In this document: positions 34,869 to 43,609 of the stretch, piece after piece
Numbering within the stretch: position 1 is the stretch's first letter
Layout of the letters: the number at the start of each line of letters is the position of its first letter
Assembly: GCA_001917175.1 (NCBI GenBank)
Contig: MNTV01000026.1
Coordinates: 817-64,816, forward strand
Direction of reading: 5' to 3'
DNA: 64,000 bases
Origin: Azospirillum sp. 51_20
Lineage (GTDB): Bacteria; Pseudomonadota; Alphaproteobacteria; RF32; CAG-239
Translations under genes and position numbers: made by a program
The notes under the pieces: model-generated
Told to the model about the DNA's origin: nothing
Seen by the model: only the letters and a program-made list of their open reading frames with translations
Database searches by the model: none

Positions 34869-36800
34869 ATGGTTGCTATTAAATTGCCGGATGGCAGTGT
34901 AATGAATTTTGACGGCGCCGTTTCCGGAAAGGAAGTCGCCGAAAAAATCAGTGCCGGTTTAGCAAAAAACGCTTTAGCGGTGAAGGTTAACGATAAATTG
35001 CAGGATTTGGCCGCGACCATCACCACCGACGCCACCGTAACCGTTATCACCGCCAAGGATAAGGAAGGACTTGCCATTCTCCGCCACTCCTGCTCGCACG
35101 TGATGGCGGAAGCGGTCAAAGAGTTGTGGCCCGACGTTCAGGTCACGATCGGACCGGCGATCGAAAACGGTTTCTACTACGACTTTGCCCGCAAGGAACC
35201 GTTTACGACCGAAGACTTTGCCAAGATTGAAGCCAAAATGCATGAAATCGTCAAGCGCGACGAAGAAGTCAGCCGCAAAGTGCTGCCGAGAAACGAAGCG
35301 ATCGACTATTTCAAATCAATCGGCGAGCACTATAAGGTCGAACTGATCGAAGACCTGCCGGAGAACGAAGTTATCTCGCTTTACACGCAGGGAAATTTCA
35401 CCGACCTCTGCCGCGGACCGCACGTACCTTCGACCGGAAAGATCGGCGACGCCTTTAAACTGACGAAAGTTGCCGGCGCCTACTGGCGCGGCGACTCCAG
35501 CCGCGAAATGCTGCAGCGCATTTATGCCACCGCCTGGGCAAACAAAAAAGACCTGCAGGAATATCTGACCATGCTGGAAGAGGCGGAAAAACGCGACCAC
35601 CGCAAACTGGGACGCGAAATGGACCTTTTCCACTTTGAACCGGAATATGCACCGGGCGCGGTTTTCTGGCATGACAAGGGCTACAAGATTTACCGCAAGC
35701 TGATCGAATATATGCGCAACCGTCAGGAACACAACGGCTATATCGAAATTTCCACCCCCCGGGTAATGGATCGCGTGCTGTGGGAAATTTCCGGCCACTG
35801 GGACAAATACGGCGCCCACAACTACTCCGGTCAGACGGAAGACAAAAAATGGTTCTGCATCAAACCGATGAACTGCCCGGGCGGCCTGCTGGTTTACAAA
35901 CAGGGCATCAAATCTTACCGTGACCTGCCGCTGCGCGTTGCCGAATTCGGCAAGGTTAACCGCTACGAGGCCTCCGGTTCGCTGATGGGGCTGATGCGGG
36001 TACGCGAATTTACCCAGGACGATGCCCACATCTTCTGCACCCCGGAACAGATGGAAGAAGAGTGCATTACCACGCTGAAACTGATTCTCGACATTTACAA
36101 GGACTTCGGTTTTGAAGACGTCAAGATCTACCTTTCCACCCGTCCGGACAGCATTTACCGGATCGGCTCCGACGAAATCTGGGATTTGTGCGAAAACGCC
36201 CTGGCCAACGCGCTGACCTCGCACGGCTATAAATTCGAGATCAACGAAGGCGAAGGCGCTTTCTACGGTCCCAAACTGGAGTTCATCCTGAAAGACGCCA
36301 TCGGCCGCGAATGGCAGTGCGGCACCATTCAGGTAGACATGAACCTGCCGCAGCGTTTTGACATTTCCTACATCGGCGAAGACGGCGAGAAACACCAGCC
36401 GGTTATGCTGCACCGCGCCCTGTTCGGTTCGATCGAACGCTTCCTCGGCATTCTGATCGAAAACCATGCCGGCAAGCTGCCGCTGTGGCTGTCGCCGGAA
36501 CAGGTAGTGGTTGCGCCGATCGTCAACGATTTTGACGGCTATGCCGAAGAAGTGGCGGATCGTCTGCGCAAAGCCGGACTTTATGCCAAGACCGACCTGC
36601 GCAACGAAAAGATCAACTACAAGATCCGCGAACATTCGGTTGCCAAAATTCCGGTCATCGCCGTCGTCGGCGCCAAGGAAAAGGAAAACGGCACGGTAAC
36701 CGTCCGCCGTCTTGGCTCCGACAAGCAGGAAGTGATGAAACTCAATGATTTTGTCAACGCCCTGCGCGAAGAAGCGCAAATGCCGCATCTGCACGAATAA
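34869..36800 (+). CDS. thrS: threonine--tRNA ligase
   Basis: 643 aa. TGS N-terminus, editing-domain HSCSHVMA, and class II motifs (FRVREFTQDDAHIF; GTIQVDMNLPQRF). Confidence 0.97.
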   Translation: MVAIKLPDGSVMNFDGAVSGKEVAEKISAGLAKNALAVKVNDKLQDLAATITTDATVTVITAKDKEGLAILRHSCSHVMAEAVKELWPDVQVTIGPAIENGFYYDFARKEPFTTEDFAKIEAKMHEIVKRDEEVSRKVLPRNEAIDYFKSIGEHYKVELIEDLPENEVISLYTQGNFTDLCRGPHVPSTGKIGDAFKLTKVAGAYWRGDSSREMLQRIYATAWANKKDLQEYLTMLEEAEKRDHRKLGREMDLFHFEPEYAPGAVFWHDKGYKIYRKLIEYMRNRQEHNGYIEISTPRVMDRVLWEISGHWDKYGAHNYSGQTEDKKWFCIKPMNCPGGLLVYKQGIKSYRDLPLRVAEFGKVNRYEASGSLMGLMRVREFTQDDAHIFCTPEQMEEECITTLKLILDIYKDFGFEDVKIYLSTRPDSIYRIGSDEIWDLCENALANALTSHGYKFEINEGEGAFYGPKLEFILKDAIGREWQCGTIQVDMNLPQRFDISYIGEDGEKHQPVMLHRALFGSIERFLGILIENHAGKLPLWLSPEQVVVAPIVNDFDGYAEEVADRLRKAGLYAKTDLRNEKINYKIREHSVAKIPVIAVVGAKEKENGTVTVRRLGSDKQEVMKLNDFVNALREEAQMPHLHE

Positions 36801-36822
36801 AAGAACGGCAGCATTAACAAAC

Positions 36823-36860
36823 AAACCCCGGTTCGCTGAACCGGGGTTTGCCGTTTGTTT
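36823..36860 (+). terminator. rho-independent terminator of thrS
   Basis: 12-bp stem aaaccccggttc/gaaccggggttt followed by tgccgtttgttt. Confidence 0.7.
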
Positions 36861-36999
36861 AAAACAGGGGCATTGGCTGCCGGCATTTGCCGTTTGGCGG
36901 AAGCGGGGCGTTGTTTATCAGGGTTTGCTATTTGGCTAAAACAGAAACATTGGCTACAGGTATTTGTCACTCGGAGGAAGCGGGAATATGGTTTGGCTA
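36853..36999. repeat. two degenerate ~70-nt tandem units related to the 27.4-kb repeat family
   Basis: taaaacagGGGcattggctGCCggCatttg...ggaagcggg versus taaaacagAAAcattggctACAggTatttg...ggaagcggg. gggcattggctgccgg (36868-36883) matches gggcatttgctgccgg (27437-27452) at 15 of 16 positions. Confidence 0.55.
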
Positions 37000-37152
37000 G
37001 ATTAGTGATGACCGAACCGTCTTCTTTAGCCGTGCAAAACTTATTTCGGCAGTTTTTCCGTTATCTTTCCTGTTCCCCCGGGCAAGAACTTTTTCTCCGC
37101 ACCGCAAAAAATTACAAGCCGGTCTCACACTTTTGCAGCAACGGGAGAACGT

Positions 37153-37647
37153 TCATTTCGACGCAGCGATCCCGTCTTTTTCCGAAAGCGGAGATGTCGG
37201 GACTTTTTCCATCAGATAATTGGTCAGCAAAACGCCGTCCCTCTCCGCCTGCTGTTCTTTCAGTACCCGATAGCCCCGTTTTTCAAAAAACGGACGGGCG
37301 GTAATTGAAGCATGAGTGGTAATACGGACAAAAGAAGCGGCATTTTCCAGTTCCCGGCAAAGGGCCGAGGCCGCTCCCCGCCGCTGATGATCTTTATGCA
37401 CAAACAGCCGGTCAAGGTACCCGTCGTCATCAATATCGCCAAAACCGATAATTTTTCCGTCTTCAACAGCCACAAAAGAAAAGTGCCGCAAAAACCTTTC
37501 GTTCCAGGCCGTCAGATTCCGCTTTTCCGGCGCCCACGCTTCACATTGCCGGCGGCTGTAATCCCGCCGGTTGACATTATGTACGGTTTCGTAAAAAAGC
37601 GCTGCCGTTTCCCGGCAGTCCGTTTCTTTGTATTTTCTGACGATCAT
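37153..37647 (-). CDS. GNAT-family N-acetyltransferase
   Basis: Start at ATG 37647 after GGAGAG. LFVHKDHQRRGAASALCRELE. Confidence 0.85.
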   Translation of the reverse strand: MIVRKYKETDCRETAALFYETVHNVNRRDYSRRQCEAWAPEKRNLTAWNERFLRHFSFVAVEDGKIIGFGDIDDDGYLDRLFVHKDHQRRGAASALCRELENAASFVRITTHASITARPFFEKRGYRVLKEQQAERDGVLLTNYLMEKVPTSPLSEKDGIAASK

Positions 37648-37733
37648 TTTTCTCTCCATACGTTAAGGATATCCGAAAAAAACTTTTCCGCAACAGACAA
37701 AAAAGAACGGCGCGGAAAAACCGCACCGTTTTT

Positions 37734-38444
37734 TCATTTGCATTTTCCCCGGCTTTCCCAAAAGCGGAGAACTTTCACCGCCAGACCGATGAAATTAAGG
37801 TACACCGCCAACGCGCCGCGCACAGCCAGCTGGTTGAGCCGGGTGCGATCGGAATCGGCGATAATCCGTTCGATTTCCTCACCGGAATAAGCAGTCACCG
37901 CGCCGTAGACGATAACCGCCGCCATGCTGACGGCCCAGTCGGTCAAACCGGAGGGAAACAGCCAGCAGCCGAGCGCGGTCAGCAGGGTTCCCCACACCAC
38001 GGTCAGCAAAATGCAATGCCAGGAAATCATGTCGCGGCGAAAAACCGCCCCGGTCAGCGCCATGGCAAAAAACATCACGGAGGAAGTGAGCAGCCCGCGG
38101 GCAACGTCGGCTTTGACAAAAACCAGCGAGACGCCGCTCAGAGCCGCACCGATCAACCCGCAGAACAAACAGAACATCAGCAGCACCGCGGCAAAACTCA
38201 GATTTTTGCGTTCGGCGGGCACGGCCAGAAACATCACCAGCGGCAGCAGCAGCAAAATCCAGCCGCTGACGCTTAACATCAAATTGTTTTCGGCATCCGG
38301 CACCGCGAGGAAATCTCGGTATTCCGCCACTCTTGTCAACAGACAGGCGACCGCCGCCGAAAGCCCCGCACCGATCCCCATAAAAGCAAACAGGCGGACA
38401 ACAATGCGGTTTTCCAGTTTTTTGGTCAGACTTTTCATAAACAA
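37734..38444 (-). CDS. Bax-inhibitor-1/YccA-family membrane protein (paralogue 2)
   Basis: Seven hydrophobic segments. C-terminal ALAVYLNFIGLAVKVLRFW is typical of the family. Confidence 0.85.
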   Translation of the reverse strand: MFMKSLTKKLENRIVVRLFAFMGIGAGLSAAVACLLTRVAEYRDFLAVPDAENNLMLSVSGWILLLLPLVMFLAVPAERKNLSFAAVLLMFCLFCGLIGAALSGVSLVFVKADVARGLLTSSVMFFAMALTGAVFRRDMISWHCILLTVVWGTLLTALGCWLFPSGLTDWAVSMAAVIVYGAVTAYSGEEIERIIADSDRTRLNQLAVRGALAVYLNFIGLAVKVLRFWESRGKCK

Positions 38445-38587
38445 TAATGCATTAATGATTACGTAACGTTTTTCATATAGCCGCGGATCTTATTTTTACA
38501 AGTCCCTTTCCGCCGTTTTTTCCTCAGCCCGGCACAAAAAAGGACGACCGCAGATACGGCCGCCCTTTTTGTGAAAAAAAGCAGTTG

Positions 38588-39292
38588 TCATTTCTTTTGT
38601 CCGAACAGACGGAGAAGATGCAGCAACAGATTGACAAAGTCGAGATAAAGCGACAATGCGCCCCAAATCGCGATTTTGGCGGCTTCCTCATCGTCATAAC
38701 AATTGTCAAGCTCTTCCCTGATTTTACGGCTGTCATAAGCCGTCAGGGCACAAAACACGACAACGGCAACCAGCGAAATGACAAAGTCCATTGCGGCGGA
38801 TTTGAAGAAGATGTTGACCACCATGGCAACGATCAGGCCGAACAAAGCCATCAGCAAAACGCTTCCCCACGACGTCAGATCCGTCTGGGTCGTCAGTCCG
38901 AAAAGCGCCATCGCGCCGAAAGTGGCGGAAGCGGTGACAAAACACATCATAATGCTGGCTTCGGTGTAGACCAGAAAGACGCTGCTCAGACTGGCACCCA
39001 TCAGCGCACAAAAGAAAACAAACACAATCATCATTGCCCCCGCGCTCAGCTGCTTCATCAAACCGCCCGTGAACAAAACGATCGCCAACGGCGCAAGCAA
39101 AACGATCCAGCCGCTGACGGAAAGCGTCGTTTCGCCCGTTTTTCCCACGCTGTAAAGAAACTCGCGGCAATCAGGCACGTAAGCGAACATTGCCGCCGTC
39201 AGCGCCGAAACAATAAGGCCCAGAAACATGTAGCCGTAGACTCTGGTCATTACCGCATTCGCTGCTTTTTTTTCTGCTTCTGAATATCTCAT
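38588..39292 (-). CDS. Bax-inhibitor-1/YccA (YbhL-like) membrane protein (paralogue 1)
   Basis: MTRVYGYMFLGLIVSALTA...ALTAYDSRKIRE...GALSLYLDFVNLLLHLLRLFG. Confidence 0.9.
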   Translation of the reverse strand: MRYSEAEKKAANAVMTRVYGYMFLGLIVSALTAAMFAYVPDCREFLYSVGKTGETTLSVSGWIVLLAPLAIVLFTGGLMKQLSAGAMMIVFVFFCALMGASLSSVFLVYTEASIMMCFVTASATFGAMALFGLTTQTDLTSWGSVLLMALFGLIVAMVVNIFFKSAAMDFVISLVAVVVFCALTAYDSRKIREELDNCYDDEEAAKIAIWGALSLYLDFVNLLLHLLRLFGQKK

Positions 39293-39408
39293 AGTTTTTT
39301 GGTTTTGGTTGTGTCCGTTTATAAAAAAACATCACGGCGGAAACAACCGTCCGAAACATGAAATTTTTTAATAATAGGACACAATAGATTACACATATTT
39401 TCAGTATA
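39293..39408 (-). promoter_or_regulatory. promoter plus ~100-nt structured leader of the BI-1 gene (possible ybhL-type motif)
   Basis: On the minus strand: TTGCGG, 16-nt spacer, TATACT (-10 at 39403-39408). The leader holds the hairpin cggacgg-ttgttt-ccgccg (39335-39353) followed by a U-run (39323-39329). It is bracketed by complementary UGUGUCC (39377-39383) and GGACACA (39310-39316). Confidence 0.35.
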
Positions 39409-39510
39409 GCAACTTTTGCCCAAACCGCAACAGGTAAAAAAAGACGCCGACCGGTCGTTGCGGTCGGAGAGAAAAACGCGTTCAAAACGCAAAACGAAAC
39501 AAAAAACGCC

Positions 39511-40374
39511 TTATCGGCGGAGACCGGAAATCACATAATCGGGATAGGCCTCGATCATATTGCCGAGTTCCCGGGTTTTGGTTACGTCGGGAATGTAGCC
39601 TTCGCCCAAAAAGCTGACATGCACGCCCTTGCTGACCAGACAGCTCGAAATGCCGGCGGCCGACGCCGCCCGGATATCAGACGCCATGCAGTCACCGATC
39701 ATCAGAATCCGTTTGCGCTCCGTCGGGCCGAAAGCGGCCAGCGCATAGTCAACCACGGCGGGATCGGGCTTGCCGACGGTAATGATTCTGCCGCCCAAAA
39801 CCGCATATTGTTCGGCAACGGCGCCGGCGGCCGGCACCGTGTCTTCGCCGCAGACGACCGACGTGTCGTTGCCCGCGCACAAAAGCGGCAGGCCGAGGCT
39901 GGCGGCATGGTTCAGCACATCCAGATAATCGTCGACTGCACGGCCGGCGGGCAAACGGCCGACATAAAGGAAATCCGCTTTTGCCGGGTCTGCGGTTACG
40001 GCAAAATCCAACCCTTCAAACAAAGAAGCGCCGCCGTCCTCGTCAAGGCAGCAGCAGTTTTTTCCGAGCGAAGCGTAAACGCCGCGGCCGGCGGCCAGAT
40101 GATGGTGCAGAATTTCCCCGGCGGTAACCATTGCGGAAAACAAACGGGGAGAAAACCCGTTTTGATGCATCAGACGGGCAATCTCTTCCACCCGGCGGCA
40201 ATCGTTGCTCAAAAGCACGATTTTTTTGCCGCTTTTATAAAGACAAAGCAAAGCTTCCAGTGCTTCCGCCCGGAAAGAAACGCCGTCGTGAAGCACGCCG
40301 TTAAAACCGCAAAGGACGGCGTCATAGGCATCCGCAACCTTTGAAACGTTAACGATCGGCTTTATCATCTTCAT
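39511..40374 (-). CDS. HAD-superfamily hydrolase, subfamily IIA-like
   Basis: VLCGFNGVLHDG (DxD-like position), LLSNDCRR, and C-terminal MIGDCMASDIRAA. Confidence 0.75.
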   Translation of the reverse strand: MKMIKPIVNVSKVADAYDAVLCGFNGVLHDGVSFRAEALEALLCLYKSGKKIVLLSNDCRRVEEIARLMHQNGFSPRLFSAMVTAGEILHHHLAAGRGVYASLGKNCCCLDEDGGASLFEGLDFAVTADPAKADFLYVGRLPAGRAVDDYLDVLNHAASLGLPLLCAGNDTSVVCGEDTVPAAGAVAEQYAVLGGRIITVGKPDPAVVDYALAAFGPTERKRILMIGDCMASDIRAASAAGISSCLVSKGVHVSFLGEGYIPDVTKTRELGNMIEAYPDYVISGLRR

Positions 40375-40473
40375 GGCAAAACTCTCTTAATCTTTCCGTT
40401 GTCCGCATTTGTTGTTTTACATTATTTCCAGTAGTAACAGAGCATTATTAAAAAAGCATTTAAATTGCAAGCT

Positions 40474-41220
40474 TTATCGCGATTTATAACCCGACAAACG
40501 CAGAATCGCCTCGTTGGCGATCGTCAGGCCGAAGACGGCCGTCACCGTCGGCAGCGATCCCATGGTATGGCGCCGGCGTCCGCCGTCGGACGGCTTGTCT
40601 TCCATAAACAGTGCGCTTTCGGGCACCGAAACTGCCTCGTCGGAAGACACGCAGACGATTTTGTCAAGCCGGCAGCCGCGCCGTTTCAGCCGTTTGCGGA
40701 CAAACCGCGCCAACGGACAGTTGCGGGTTTGGTCAAGCGTTTGCAGACGGATCTTCGACGGATCGGTCTTTAATGCCGCACCCATTGAGGAAATAAAGGG
40801 AATCTCCCTTTGCTGCAACGCTTCGATCAGGCCGCATTTGGGATTGAGCGAATCGATGGCGTCAATCACCAGGTCAACCGGCTCCGCCAGCAGTTCCGGC
40901 AAATTATCGGCATTGACAAACATGTCCCTGACCGTCACTTCGCAGGCCGGATTAATGTCGCGCACGCGCGCGGCGGCCACCTCGCTCTTTTTGCGGCCGA
41001 CGGTCGAAGTCAGCGCCAGAATCTGGCGATTGATATTGCTTTCCTCCACCCGATCGAAATCGACCAGCACCAAATGTCCGACACCGGCGCGGGCCAAAGC
41101 CTCCAGCGCATAACCGCCGACCGCCCCGAGGCCGACGATCATCACTTTCGCGTTTTGCAGGCGGGCAAACTTTTCCTCGCCGAGCAAGGCTTTCGTCCGG
41201 CCGAAACTTTTATTTTCCAT
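40474..41220 (-). CDS. tcdA: tRNA threonylcarbamoyladenosine dehydratase (ThiF/MoeB-fold, TcdA-like)
   Basis: Start at ATG 41220. VMIVGLGAVGGYALEALARAGVGHLVLVDFDRVEESNINRQ. Confidence 0.8.
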   Translation of the reverse strand: MENKSFGRTKALLGEEKFARLQNAKVMIVGLGAVGGYALEALARAGVGHLVLVDFDRVEESNINRQILALTSTVGRKKSEVAAARVRDINPACEVTVRDMFVNADNLPELLAEPVDLVIDAIDSLNPKCGLIEALQQREIPFISSMGAALKTDPSKIRLQTLDQTRNCPLARFVRKRLKRRGCRLDKIVCVSSDEAVSVPESALFMEDKPSDGGRRRHTMGSLPTVTAVFGLTIANEAILRLSGYKSR

Positions 41221-41953
41221 AAATAAACTCCTTCGCGTTGGCTTCCGCCGCGGCCGCCAGCTTTTCCGCGTCTTCCCGCCGCCAGCGGGCAAGCTGCGCC
41301 AGCAGTACGGGCAAAAACAGCGGCGTTTGTTCGCGCCCCTTTTCCGGCCCCTGATAAGGGCCGTCGGTTTCGATCAGCAGCCGGTCTTCCGGCACCAGGC
41401 GGACAATTTCCCCGGCGTCGCGGTTTTTCAATATCGAGGCGGAAAAAGACACGTAACCGCCGGCGTTTAAAATCGGCCGCAGATGTTCCGTCCGGCCGTT
41501 GAAAGAATGAATCATAAACCGTTCGGGCATTTGCGGCAAAAAGGCGGAAAGCGCCGCCACCGCCTTCACCGCATGGATAACGAGCGGGCGCCGCAGCTCT
41601 TTCGCCAATGCCGCCTGGACGGAAAAAACCGTTTTTTGCGCCGCCTGATCGCCGCGCAAACCGTCCAAGCCGCTTTCGCCGACCAACGCTTCCGGCGCGG
41701 ACAGCAACCGTTTGTGAAGGCGGTGTTCCCAACCTGCCGCCGTTTCGCCGGCATACCAGGGATGGACGCCGAAAGCCGGCACCACCGTATGCGGATATTT
41801 CTCCGCCAGCGCCGCCACCGCCGGCCAGTCGCTTTCCGCGGTTGCCGCGCAGACCATCCGGCCGACGCCCGCCGCACGGGCGTTTTCGATAATATCCGTT
41901 GCACAGTTTGCCTTATAGTCTTGCAAGTGGATATGCATGTCGGTAAAATTCAT
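41210..41953 (-). CDS. TatD-family metal-dependent hydrolase
   Basis: Start at ATG 41953 (MNFTDMHIHLQDY). HAVKA...IHSFNG...ETDGPY pattern. Confidence 0.85.
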   Translation of the reverse strand: MNFTDMHIHLQDYKANCATDIIENARAAGVGRMVCAATAESDWPAVAALAEKYPHTVVPAFGVHPWYAGETAAGWEHRLHKRLLSAPEALVGESGLDGLRGDQAAQKTVFSVQAALAKELRRPLVIHAVKAVAALSAFLPQMPERFMIHSFNGRTEHLRPILNAGGYVSFSASILKNRDAGEIVRLVPEDRLLIETDGPYQGPEKGREQTPLFLPVLLAQLARWRREDAEKLAAAAEANAKEFIYGK

Positions 41954-42014
41954 GCAATTTGACTCTTCAACCAAAAAAGAAAATTGTTTCTGACGGAAAG
42001 GATAATAAGCAGAT

Positions 42015-43103
42015 ATGAGTGTTTTGACAAGACCGATTTTAGAAATCAACCTGGACAATCTGGAAAAAAACTACCGCTTTTTGCAAACTCTGGCCCAGGG
42101 GGCGGAAGCCGCCGCGGTGGTCAAGGACGACGCCTACGGACTGGGAGCGGAAACGGTTGCCGAAAGGCTTTATGAAAACGCCGGCTGCCGCACTTTTTTC
42201 GTCGCCCACGGCATTGAAGGGGAAAACATCCGCCCGCACGTACCGAACGCCAAAATTTACGTTTTGCAGGGAATCGGCGAAGACAGCCTGGCTTCCTTCG
42301 AGCGGTCAAACCTGATTCCGGTAATTGCCGGCAGAGAGCAGCTGGCCTTTTGGAAAGAACATAAAATCAAGGGCATTAAACCGGCGATTCAAATCGAAAC
42401 CGGCCTTAACCGGCTCGGCTTCCGCGAAAACGAACTGACTGAAATGTCCCCCGACGACCGCGACCTGTTTTCGCTGGTATTGTCGCATCTTGCCTGCGCC
42501 GACGAACAGGGACATTTCATGAACGAGTATCAACTGCAAAATTTCAACCGCCTGCGGGAAAGATTCTTTCCCAGACTGCCGGCCAGCCTGTCCGCCTCCG
42601 ACGGCACTTTTCTCGGTCAGGATTACCGGTTTGACGTTGTCCGTCTGGGCGCCGCCATGTACGGCATCAATACCGCGCCCTACCGGGAAAACCAAATGCT
42701 GCCGGTGGTTCGGGTGATGGCGCCGGTATTGGAAATTTCCGCTCTCAGCCGCGGCGACTTCGTCGGCTATTCCGCCACCTATCGCGCCGCCGGCAACCGC
42801 AAAATCGCCATCGTGTCAATCGGCTACGGCGACGGCGTTCCCCGCGCGTTGTCAAACGTCGGCAAGCTCTTCTTTTATAACGGCGGGAAAACTTCCGAAG
42901 CCAGAATCATCGGACGCATTTCCATGGACAACGTCATCTGCGACGTTACCGAAGTGGAAAACCTGCATGTCGGCGACATGGCTTTTATCGTCAACGAATT
43001 TTACACTCTTGACGACATCGGCCGCGACGCCGGCACCATCGGATATGAAGTGTTGTCCAGAATCGGCAAAAACCGACGCTTTGAACGCCGCTACCTCAGA
43101 TAG
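42015..43103 (+). CDS. alr: alanine racemase
   Basis: PLP-lysine region AAVVKDDAYGLGA. C-terminal GRISMDNVICDVT and YEVLSRIG. Confidence 0.9.
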   Translation: MSVLTRPILEINLDNLEKNYRFLQTLAQGAEAAAVVKDDAYGLGAETVAERLYENAGCRTFFVAHGIEGENIRPHVPNAKIYVLQGIGEDSLASFERSNLIPVIAGREQLAFWKEHKIKGIKPAIQIETGLNRLGFRENELTEMSPDDRDLFSLVLSHLACADEQGHFMNEYQLQNFNRLRERFFPRLPASLSASDGTFLGQDYRFDVVRLGAAMYGINTAPYRENQMLPVVRVMAPVLEISALSRGDFVGYSATYRAAGNRKIAIVSIGYGDGVPRALSNVGKLFFYNGGKTSEARIIGRISMDNVICDVTEVENLHVGDMAFIVNEFYTLDDIGRDAGTIGYEVLSRIGKNRRFERRYLR

Positions 43104-43525
43104 GGAGCAGCAAACAGGACCTTGGTGCGCCCTTTTCCGCCGGCAAAACCCCGGTTAAACAAGTCCCGGTTAAAGCGGAACTTTGCCGTCAGACAAATAT
43201 TCCCCGCTCAACCGGGGGGCTGATCGCGGTAAAGCCCATGGTTTAACCGCGATCAAAGGAACAAGGCGGGATTGCCCCCCATTTTGCACATTTGAATCAC
43301 GATCGGGACTTGACCATGATCAAAGGCGCAAGGCATCGTTGCCCGGCATTTTAAGCATTCAGCCCAAGTAAACCCGTTTTTTTGTCAAAAACATAATAAA
43401 CTTTCATTAGCTTATCCCAGCGATATTAGCCATTCCAAACCTCAAACACCCGGCCAAAAGCTTCGCAAGCATAGCAGCCGAGCCGAAAATCGATCTCTGC
43501 CTGCTTACGCAAACGTTCAAAACAT

Positions 43526-43586
43526 AAAAAAAACGGCTGAGCGAACTGTCCGTTTTTCGGAGGACAGATCACGAGCCGTTTTTTTT
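43526..43586. terminator. long bidirectional hairpin terminator
   Basis: A-run, then acggctgagcgaactgtcc...ggacagatcacgagccgt, then a T-run. Lies just downstream of the minus-strand gene ending at 43610. Confidence 0.65.
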
Positions 43587-43609
43587 GCTGTTTCAAAGAA
43601 GTCTCGTCG

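Noticed and set aside
35316-36824. 502-codon minus-strand ORF inside thrS
   Set aside because: It is antisense to an unambiguous thrS. Its biased composition (F/V/A/G/R-rich) is typical of a shadow frame.
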